DNA from: an uncultured Verrucomicrobiota bacterium
Lineage (GTDB): Bacteria > Verrucomicrobiota > Kiritimatiellia > RZYC01 > CAZAYP01
NCBI GenBank assembly: GCA_964489425.1
Contig: CAZAYP010000002.1
Location: forward strand, 82,725 to 146,724
Reading direction: 5' to 3'
DNA: 64,000 bases
Shown: positions 54,801-61,807 of the stretch, piece by piece
Numbering within the stretch: position 1 is the first letter of the stretch
Layout of the letters: each line of letters starts with the position of its first letter
Notes under the pieces: generated by a model
Told to the model about the DNA's origin: nothing
Databases searched by the model: none
Seen by the model: the letters and a program-made list of their open reading frames with translations, nothing else
Position numbers and translations under genes: made by a program

Positions 54801-56033
54801 GCCGCCTCCGGTATCGCCGGTGGCTATGCTTGCGATGCCTTGGGCCGCGTCACCCATACGCCTCACGGCGCCGTGGCCTGGGACGCGGCCGACCGGGTCA
54901 CGGGTTTGGGCCCGTCCACGTTCGCGTACGATGGCGTCGGGGCGTTGGCCATGCGCATCCAGCAAGGGCAGACCAACGTGTTTTGCTATAATTACGCTCT
55001 GCCGAACACCGCGGTTATGACCGAGCGTAATGGCGCCGGGGCCGTGCAACGCTATTACGTTTGGACCCCGGACGGCGACCTGCTGTTCATGATCGAAGCT
55101 GGGGCCACGAATGCCACGCGCTATGCCCATTTTGATCTTTCCGGCAACCTGGTGGCCTTAAGCGATGCGGCGGGCCAAATCACCGACACCTATGCGTACG
55201 ACCCGTTCGGCAAGTTGCTGGGCCATATCGGAGCCTCCATGCAACCCTGCACGTTTAACGGGAAAGCTGGCGCCCGCCGCGAAGGCGACCACGATTACTA
55301 TCGGATCGGCGCGCGCTGGTACGACGCCAATACCGGCCGGTTCCTGAGTCGCGAACCGCTCTGGCCCCAGTGGCGAGATCCGCGCCAGGCCAATCCCTAT
55401 CCCTACGCGCAGTTGGCGCCCATCCTGCGCGTGGACCGCAACGGCCTGAACGTTACCGATGCCCTGCTGCAGGGATACCAGGACCGGAATGAGGCGTTGA
55501 GAGAGGCTGCCGCCACTTACGGTGAATACACCCGGGACATGAGCTTTATGCTGGGCGCCTGGCAAGCCAGCGATCCTCAAACTCGACTGAACGCGCTGGA
55601 CGATCCCAAGCGCCGCGCCGCCACGTGGAAGACGCTGTTCCGGTGGGTGCAGCTTGAACAAGAGGTCAAGCTGCGTAGACTGCGGTTGCTCAAGTGGATC
55701 GCCGGCAACCGCCGCGCCATCCAGAAGGCGCTCGTCAATGTCCGCGCCCTGAAACCTGTAGTGCAACTACGCCTCGATAAATTCAAGCGGGAGGAACAGG
55801 CGCGCCTCCGCGACCTGCGGAATCGCTTGCCTTATGTTTGGGACGAAGCCCAGGCCGCCACAGCGCGCGGCGACTTCGAGGCCGCCCGGAAGTTGGCTGC
55901 TTCCATCAGTACCGGGAAGTGGATCGAGCGCAATGACGAGGCCGCCCAGGCGCAACTTCACTACGTAAATGGATTGGAGGATGCCCTGGAAGGCATCCTC
56001 CAGCAGGAGCAGAAGCTGAACCAGCAACCCTGA
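51837..56033 (+). CDS. Secreted RHS/YD-repeat protein with an uncharacterised ~225-aa C-terminal (putative toxin) domain
   Basis: AGGGAG ribosome-binding site; signal MTMRAIPAWWFHGVAMIGLAAVTCQA. Many YD repeats (YxYDxxGRL). RHS core terminus YYRIGARWYDANTGRFLSREPL at about 55300-55365, followed by a Lys/Arg-rich helical domain with no recognised family. Confidence 0.85.
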   Translation: MTMRAIPAWWFHGVAMIGLAAVTCQAQFVENGQSYQNRSKGTSLKAGDPISAANGAFSDEWLLFDLGGPMDLYFKLMYRSDPNYTWKRNPQDFPRNDFGDYQRVPFSWAPAPIMAVDVWGGLAEVVLPEGDVINFTGSLASAWGLVDTSTLGDPLTRDNGVPVAYQLQQSGDWFYFLDPETGRCLMFQYFSNTQTRVRYVVDRNGNRLDYTYATWTNTNPTRISDGLGRSLDFMYYSGSGGESNGLMRVTDHTGRHVDFCYTGLAPDNRNLYTLRAFSNAAGQVTTFLYQPNPVVGRKCELLSRIVTPLGTSLVSNEYGAVALAGYMPETRVVRQEDALGHGTTFAYENGAGSSYVARVAYPDGTSEIYEHFYHHAPPKALTDGAGATMRFAKNDHEQITAVTDRLGGVTALVYDPARRCLAGMTNASGQALSFQYGSVTQGFFNPYTLQTVYFGMDQLDRMLLPDGTQETYYYDSRGNVTSTVDQAGQAWAIAYNSLGLPTAIRNPAGGMIVSTWTTNGTLAAQADADGVRESYGYDGAFRLVAVTNGLGGVRRMQYDALDRVTNAVDELGHAYSFSFDANGNGIRVTDPLGYSTLYFYDRMDRLTNITDRSGHASVYSYDVMGRLQSFCAPDGVTRQYGYDARGWQVRAAIGPATWSNTYDAEGLLRQAYTPAGRTWFQDVNALGDATNIVGAAGQRVTMTYDSLRRPLAATDARGQSVTFQYDPRGMLTRAAVAGLGATSNSFNALGLLSGLHDLNGQVWAFGYSAAGRLTSQTDPLANAISLTYDAAGRMTARCSPGPGGSSVTNRYQFDAAGNLVNIVYSDGTAVPFAYDARGDLVSAAGIALARDAEGRVTNTVSGGAAFGASYNAAGRLSALTYYNGGLTVWYEYDANNGLLRRVSNSLTAASVSFQHDADGLVTNLVRGNGVQASFAYDAAGQMVRLRDGSFLDIRTACDAAGQATQQVATLPLDPVALVAPGLRSNRYDAASGIAGGYACDALGRVTHTPHGAVAWDAADRVTGLGPSTFAYDGVGALAMRIQQGQTNVFCYNYALPNTAVMTERNGAGAVQRYYVWTPDGDLLFMIEAGATNATRYAHFDLSGNLVALSDAAGQITDTYAYDPFGKLLGHIGASMQPCTFNGKAGARREGDHDYYRIGARWYDANTGRFLSREPLWPQWRDPRQANPYPYAQLAPILRVDRNGLNVTDALLQGYQDRNEALREAAATYGEYTRDMSFMLGAWQASDPQTRLNALDDPKRRAATWKTLFRWVQLEQEVKLRRLRLLKWIAGNRRAIQKALVNVRALKPVVQLRLDKFKREEQARLRDLRNRLPYVWDEAQAATARGDFEAARKLAASISTGKWIERNDEAAQAQLHYVNGLEDALEGILQQEQKLNQQP

Positions 56034-56082
56034 TCGCTGCGTGCGGTGCGGCGGATCGCGATGGAGCCGGCGCGAGCCGATC

Positions 56083-58626
56083 CTATCGGGCCGGGATCAG
56101 CGTGAGGTGCAGGGGGGCGGAAACGTCCGGCTGGCAGAAGGCGAATTCCAACGTGCGCCCCGGCTTGATATCCGCCGATAACGGGCCAAACGGCAGCAAC
56201 CCATGGGACTGGGTCCAGCGCGCAGCGGTCATTTCCTGGCCATTGAGCAGCACGCGGACGGCGCCGGCCGGGAGCCCATGGAACCGGAACGTCCAGTGGC
56301 GTTCCGCCGCCGCTTCCAGCCGGCCTTCAGTGGCTGCAACGGAAAGCGAGCGCTGCGGACCGCTGCTGATGAACTCGAGGCGCGTGCTGCGGAATCCGCC
56401 GTCCAGGTAGGCGTTTGAGTTGCCGTCATCCTCATACAGTTCGCGGGTTGTGACATGATCCTGATCGGTGCAAAACAAGTCCACCGCCACCTCCGGCCAT
56501 TGGGCCTGCCCGGCGTTTTGACGCAGCGGGATGGAGAAGACCATGCCGCCACCGCGCGCCAGCATGGGAACCTGGGTGAGCGGGGCCGCCTGTTCGTGGT
56601 GTCGGGGCCCGGAAAACGCTTGTCCGGTCCAGGCATCAAACCAGGTGCCAGGCGGGATCCACAGGGAGCGGGTGGTGGCGGGTTGCTCCGGCCGGCCCCA
56701 GAGGAATTCAAACATGGTGTGCCAGGTGCCATAGCTTCGATATTCCAGTTCCACGGCATACGAGCGCCCGGCCACCAGGTCCAGGTCAGCCCATTTGTAG
56801 ACTGGGCCAGGATTTTCAAAGTCATCGATCAAGACTCGGTCATCAAGGCGCAGGCGGGCTCCATCATCGGTGCGCACGCCCAGGCGGTAGCTGCCGCTGG
56901 CGGGGATGGGGCCCAGCGTGCCGGTCCAGCGCGCCGAAAACCCGTGCTGGGGCAATCCTTCCGCCGGCGGGCGGCCGAACCATCCGTGGTTTACCTCGGG
57001 CTCTACGCTGCGGAAGGCGGGATCGCCTTGCAAGCGGTCGTTGCCGTAATACGCGGCGTCCAGTCCCGGTGCCCCGCTGGCGGCGCGCAGCATGGCGGTG
57101 GGCACGGGGGTCAAGGGCACGGCCGCCTGCACCACGGGCGCTACCAGCAGGTCCGGCCCAAGCAAATACTGCGAGGCATCGGCGGCTTCGGGATGTTGTG
57201 GCCATTCCAGGTCACACCGCCGCAGCATGGGCGTGCCCGTGGTGAACGCCGCGCGCGCCGCCGCATAGATGGTGGGCAACAGGCGGTACCGCAGGCGGAC
57301 GTATTCTACCACGATCCGCTCGGCTTCCTCTCCAAACTTCCACGGGAAGCGGTGCAGCTTGTAGGAGCAATGCGGCCGGCAGACCGGGGACAACGCGCCA
57401 TATTGCATGAAACGGATGTACAGTTCGGCCGGGGGCGTGTCGTGATGACCACCCAGATCGTCGCTGACATACGGCAGCAGGGAAAGCACGCCGCTATTGA
57501 CGGCATTGCTCACCGCCCGCTGCAGGTGATCCCACGCGGCGCGGGTGTCGCCTGTCCACCAGATGGGATAGCGGTGGGCGGCCGGGTGGCTCGGGGCGTT
57601 GAAATAGCCGCTGTCAATGCCGTCCACGTTGGACATGATCAGGGGCCGCAGGCCTGGCCGGTGATGCTGGGTTACATCGTGATAGACGCGCATGCCCCAG
57701 GTTTCCTTGCCCAGCTCAGGGGCTGGAGACAGCAGCGCGGTGTGCCAGTTGCGGTCAAACCACCAATAATCCACGCCCATGGCGAGCAGCTTGGAGAGCC
57801 CCTCGGCGCGGTAGCGGAGCTCCGCGGGATCAAGGGCGGCCGGCGCAACCGGTTCCGGGTGGTCGTTCAGCATGACGCGCACGCCGCGTTCGTGAACGGC
57901 CTTGATAAACCCCGGCAGGTCCGGGAACAACTCGGTATTAATTTCGTAGCCGTGCGACGCGCCCACGCGCCAGTCCGTATCGAGCACGAAGATGTCCAGG
58001 GGGATGCCGCGGCGCTGGTACTCGTCGATCGTGGCCAGCGCTTCGTCCTGGCGGTAGGGGTAGTACCGGCTGTCGATCAGCCCGAAGGCGCACAGCGGCG
58101 GGATCGGGATGGGGCCGGTCAGCCGCAAAAAATCGGCGGCCAGTTGCCGGTACCCGCCGGCCCCGGGCAGGAACACGTAAATGTCGCGCGCCGGATTGGT
58201 TAGGTCCCAGCCGGCGGATGGTCCGTCCGGCGGCGGCAGCGCGCCCCACGGCGGCGGGACCATGCGCGGCAGGTCCGCGAACGCCCAGCCATCCGCGGCC
58301 GCAGAGGGCACGGGCAGGAGCCGCTTGGCCGGCACGGGGATGGCCCCATCGAACACCAGCGTTCCGGCTTGGTTCCGAATGCGGACATCCGCGATCCGGG
58401 GCTGGAGCCTTTCCACCGTGATGGTAAACTCGCCCAGGCGCAGGCAGGTGCCTCCCGATGAAGGGCATGGTTCCAAGGCGGCGCCCGGCCAATCGCGGTT
58501 GACCACGCAGAAGGTGGGCCGATCCTCGAAACCCTTGGGGCCGGCTTCTTCGATTCGTATCAAGGTGGGGGCCAGCGCCTGAACCCTTAGCTGGGAAGCA
58601 ACCAGAACGGACGCAATGGTGTTCAT
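56083..58626 (-). CDS. GH31-family alpha-glucosidase/alpha-xylosidase-like hydrolase with an inserted PA14 domain
   Basis: VDYWWFDRNW and IWWTGDTRAAW catalytic-region motifs; PA14-like FSARWTGTL...YRLGVRTDDGARLRLDDRVLIDDF. Start is either 58626 or 58644; neither has a clear ribosome-binding site. Confidence 0.8.
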   Translation of the reverse strand: MNTIASVLVASQLRVQALAPTLIRIEEAGPKGFEDRPTFCVVNRDWPGAALEPCPSSGGTCLRLGEFTITVERLQPRIADVRIRNQAGTLVFDGAIPVPAKRLLPVPSAAADGWAFADLPRMVPPPWGALPPPDGPSAGWDLTNPARDIYVFLPGAGGYRQLAADFLRLTGPIPIPPLCAFGLIDSRYYPYRQDEALATIDEYQRRGIPLDIFVLDTDWRVGASHGYEINTELFPDLPGFIKAVHERGVRVMLNDHPEPVAPAALDPAELRYRAEGLSKLLAMGVDYWWFDRNWHTALLSPAPELGKETWGMRVYHDVTQHHRPGLRPLIMSNVDGIDSGYFNAPSHPAAHRYPIWWTGDTRAAWDHLQRAVSNAVNSGVLSLLPYVSDDLGGHHDTPPAELYIRFMQYGALSPVCRPHCSYKLHRFPWKFGEEAERIVVEYVRLRYRLLPTIYAAARAAFTTGTPMLRRCDLEWPQHPEAADASQYLLGPDLLVAPVVQAAVPLTPVPTAMLRAASGAPGLDAAYYGNDRLQGDPAFRSVEPEVNHGWFGRPPAEGLPQHGFSARWTGTLGPIPASGSYRLGVRTDDGARLRLDDRVLIDDFENPGPVYKWADLDLVAGRSYAVELEYRSYGTWHTMFEFLWGRPEQPATTRSLWIPPGTWFDAWTGQAFSGPRHHEQAAPLTQVPMLARGGGMVFSIPLRQNAGQAQWPEVAVDLFCTDQDHVTTRELYEDDGNSNAYLDGGFRSTRLEFISSGPQRSLSVAATEGRLEAAAERHWTFRFHGLPAGAVRVLLNGQEMTAARWTQSHGLLPFGPLSADIKPGRTLEFAFCQPDVSAPLHLTLIPAR

Positions 58627-58788
58627 GCGGCCACTATAAAACATGACGCCCGGGGCCGCAATGCCGGCGTGTTGGTTCCCGGTCGCGCGTGGTTCAGCGC
58701 TTTCTTTTCCACGATCACTTGGCTATAACTTCTCGTGTCCGGTGGATGGAATCCGGCGACTATAACCGATGAAGATGGGAGCTGAATT

Positions 58789-60441
58789 ATGATCAGGAAA
58801 AAAGTGGCTTGCCTCGTGGCGTTGGGTTTTGCGATGGCTTGGGGCATGGTGGCCGGCGCCGGGGAGGCCAAGGTGACCGTCCGCGTCGTGGCCGATTCTT
58901 TGCCGGATCCGCAACAGGTGTTCCTGAGCGGGCAGGGGGCTCTGCTTGGGGATTGGAAGGCCGATGGCGTGCCCCTCGAACAGCAACCGGATCAAAGCTG
59001 GGTCGTCACCTTGCCTGTGCCTGCTCCCGCCACGTTGGAGTTCAAGGTCACGCGCGGCTCATGGGCTACGGAGGCGCTGGACAAGGAATTGAAGGTGCCC
59101 GGCAACACGGTCCTGGAAGTTACGGGTGACCAGACCCTGCAGATCGCGGTGCCCAAGTGGAAAGACGAACTGCCGTCGTCGGCCTCCGGCCAGGTCACGG
59201 GTACGCTCAAGTACCACCGCAATATGGAAGGCGATGGCCTGTTGCCCCGCGACGTGCTGGTCTGGCTGCCGCCGAGCTATGACCAGGACCCTGAGCGTCG
59301 GTACCCGGTGCTGTATATGCACGATGCCCAGCAGGTTTTTGATCCGGCTACATCCACGCACGGTGTGGATTGGGGCGTGGACGAAGCCGTGACCCGCCTG
59401 GCGGCCGACGGCCTGATGCAGGAGATCATCGTGGTCGCCACGACCTGCACGTCGGAACGCTTTGCGGATTACGCCGACGGCGAAAAGGGGAAAGCGTACC
59501 AGCGATTCATGGTTCAAAAGCTAAAGCCATTTATTGACCAGAACTATCGTACCCGGCCGGAGCGCGAGCACACCGCAGTCATGGGCGCGTCCATGGGCGG
59601 CCTGGCTTCCTTCCTGCTGGCCTGGCGTCACCCGGACGTGTTCAGCATGGCCGGGTGCCTGTCTTCAGCGTTCTGGCCGCCGCTCCTGCGCGAGGTGGCC
59701 GCCTATGACGGGCCGGCCAAAGACGTCCAGCTTTACATGGATAACGGGGGCGTGGGCCTGGAGCGGATCCTCCAGTCCGGCAACGACTGGATGCTGGAAG
59801 CCTTGCAGAAAAAGGGATTTGTTCTGGGGCAGAACCTGGTGTGGGTGCAGGATGCTGCAGCGGAGCACAACGAGGCGGCCTGGGCGCAGCGCGTGTGGAT
59901 GCCGCTGCGCTGGTTCTTCGGAACCGGTCCGCAGGATTGGGTGGCGGCGCTGCCGCTGCCGGCGGCCCCTTTGTTCGCTGAGCGGGACAAGGAGGACGTG
60001 CCGGTCACCGACCTGCCGGACATGAAGATCACCGGATGCCAGGCATCCTTGGGGCACCGGGGCCGTGCAGAAGCCAGCCAGAGTTGGGAGTGCCTCAGGG
60101 GAGCATCGGTTGCGGCGCCGGACCAACCCTTGGAATGGGTCGGCCTGGCCTGGGTGTTTGATGGCGATATCACGAACTATGTGGCTGGCAGCGGAGTTGC
60201 TCCCGATTCCGGGTCGTCGGCGCTGGTCACCGTGGATGTCCCGGCTGGCCGTTACCTTGAGTTTCAACACCCAGGTGACTGGTCGGACATGGAGGAAACC
60301 TATCACTTCATTTTCGGGTGGTGGCTGCCGCGCCATCAATATGAAGCTGCGGGGCCGGTGGTTGAGCGATATTCCGCCTGGCCGTTGGAATCCACGGACA
60401 AGGCGGTCCGCGTATTCGTGCCCTTCGAACAGATACCGTAA
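58789..60441 (+). CDS. Secreted esterase (alpha/beta-hydrolase, putative-esterase family) with an N-terminal beta-sandwich (CBM/Ig-like) module and a C-terminal unknown domain
   Basis: Signal MIRKKVACLVALGFAMAWGMVAGA; YPVLYMHDAQQVFD...TAVMGASMGGLASF (GxSxGG nucleophile elbow). Confidence 0.8.
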   Translation: MIRKKVACLVALGFAMAWGMVAGAGEAKVTVRVVADSLPDPQQVFLSGQGALLGDWKADGVPLEQQPDQSWVVTLPVPAPATLEFKVTRGSWATEALDKELKVPGNTVLEVTGDQTLQIAVPKWKDELPSSASGQVTGTLKYHRNMEGDGLLPRDVLVWLPPSYDQDPERRYPVLYMHDAQQVFDPATSTHGVDWGVDEAVTRLAADGLMQEIIVVATTCTSERFADYADGEKGKAYQRFMVQKLKPFIDQNYRTRPEREHTAVMGASMGGLASFLLAWRHPDVFSMAGCLSSAFWPPLLREVAAYDGPAKDVQLYMDNGGVGLERILQSGNDWMLEALQKKGFVLGQNLVWVQDAAAEHNEAAWAQRVWMPLRWFFGTGPQDWVAALPLPAAPLFAERDKEDVPVTDLPDMKITGCQASLGHRGRAEASQSWECLRGASVAAPDQPLEWVGLAWVFDGDITNYVAGSGVAPDSGSSALVTVDVPAGRYLEFQHPGDWSDMEETYHFIFGWWLPRHQYEAAGPVVERYSAWPLESTDKAVRVFVPFEQIP

Positions 60442-60468
60442 CGCGCTGGGCGGGCGCCTATCTAACGC

Positions 60469-60708
60469 TTATTCTCGATGGGGCAGGTCGCGGCCATGGT
60501 GGCCACGCTTGCGTCCGTTCAGGCCATCGGCATCGTCGCGCGCGCTGCCTTTCCAATTGCGCCGGCCCTTGCCGGGTTTGGCCCATCCGTCAAGACGATC
60601 CTCCTCCTGGATCCACTCGGCAAACTTTTCATCGATCACGTCCGGCAAGGGCTGGATGTGGAGCTTGGGCGGCTCTGTTTCCTGGGGCTGGGGCTGAGGC
60701 TCCGGCAT
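60469..60708 (-). CDS. Small hypothetical protein (79 aa), Pro/Glu-rich N-terminus
   Basis: GGAAAGGAAG ribosome-binding site 6 nt upstream of the ATG; otherwise unsupported. Confidence 0.35.
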   Translation of the reverse strand: MPEPQPQPQETEPPKLHIQPLPDVIDEKFAEWIQEEDRLDGWAKPGKGRRNWKGSARDDADGLNGRKRGHHGRDLPHRE

Positions 60709-61153
60709 ATATCTTCCTTTCCTGCTGGTTGCCGATGGTGGAGGAGTGGGTCACAATGAATTGGGAAAAAGCCTTGAGTATTGGAAAACCATGCCCGGCG
60801 GGCGCCCCGTCAAGCCACGCACCAGTTTAGTTTGTTTTCATGGTTGCACTTCAAGCACCTGGTCTTACGACCCGGCTGGCATCCAAGCACCACGGACACC
60901 ATAACTACCCATCTGCCTAATAACGTAAGGTCAATGCGCATTTTTGTAAATAGCAAATATGCAGTTTGTGCTGGCCGCGCGACCCGGCAACGTCCCGTGG
61001 GCCGGCCCCGGAACGTTTGGCCATGGGACAATATTGTGGCTGGATCTGCTTCCCTTTTGGTTGGGTATGGCTACCATACCAGTGCATGAGGATGGACCTG
61101 TGAAAAACCCGGCGCCGGTGGTTTCACCACCGCAGAACGTCGTGGCGCGGTGG

Positions 61154-61786
61154 ATGGCCCTGGATAAAACCCAGGCCGCCATCATCCTGGGCGGCGGGTA
61201 CCTGTTCTTTTCCCTGGTCGGCAACATGGCCGCCACCAAGGTCACCTACCTGGGCCCGCTGGTGGCCGATGCCGGGTTTATCTATGCGCTGACCTTTACG
61301 TGGCGCGACCTGATCCACAAGCAGCTGGGCAAGAAAGCGGCGGTCACCAGCATCCTGCTGGCCGGCGTGGTCAACCTGCTGGCCGCGCTGTATTACCAGC
61401 TCGTGGTGGTGCTGCCCGCGGAGACCGACTGGGCGGCAGCCGGCGGCCAGGCGGCCTGGGCTTTCCTCTTCGGCATCCAGGGGCGCGTGGTGCTGGCCTC
61501 GCTGCTGGCGCAGGTCGTGGCCGAACTGGCCGACACTTGGACCTACCACGTCTGGACGGCAGGCATCGGCCGCAACCGGCCCCAGTGGCTGCGCGTGGTG
61601 GTGTCCAACACCATGTCCATTCCGATCGACAGCCTGCTGTTCCCGATCATTGCGTTCGGCGGGGTGCTCGGCGCCGGCGTGATTCTCCAGATGGTGTGGA
61701 CCAACATCGCGATCAAGGTCATGATCACCGCCGTGGTGTTCTGGACCATTTACCTGGTGCCGGAAAAGCCCATCTACCACGAATGA
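61154..61786 (+). CDS. YhhQ/VUT-family queuosine-precursor transporter
   Basis: NMAATKVTYLGPLVADAGFIYALTFTWRDLIHKQLGKKAA matches the YhhQ signature; multiple TM helices. Start could instead be 61067 or 60959. Confidence 0.7.
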   Translation: MALDKTQAAIILGGGYLFFSLVGNMAATKVTYLGPLVADAGFIYALTFTWRDLIHKQLGKKAAVTSILLAGVVNLLAALYYQLVVVLPAETDWAAAGGQAAWAFLFGIQGRVVLASLLAQVVAELADTWTYHVWTAGIGRNRPQWLRVVVSNTMSIPIDSLLFPIIAFGGVLGAGVILQMVWTNIAIKVMITAVVFWTIYLVPEKPIYHE

Positions 61787-61807
61787 TCCCAACGGGCAGG
61801 CCGCCCC

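Noticed and set aside
56034-56082. Bidirectional terminator between the convergent RHS and GH31 genes
   Set aside because: Only a weak, imperfect 5-6-bp stem (gccgat/atcggg) with no U-tract, so it is not convincing.
60781-61089. 102-aa plus-strand ORF upstream of the yhhQ-like gene
   Set aside because: His/Arg-rich composition, no ribosome-binding site, and it overlaps the probable promoter or leader of the transporter gene.
60709-61153. preQ1 riboswitch expected upstream of the YhhQ transporter gene
   Set aside because: The leader contains only a simple hairpin (ggtgg-tttca-ccacc, about 61110-61124). I found no preQ1-I/II/III consensus (no AAAAACUA tail or conserved loop). A covariance-model scan would be needed.
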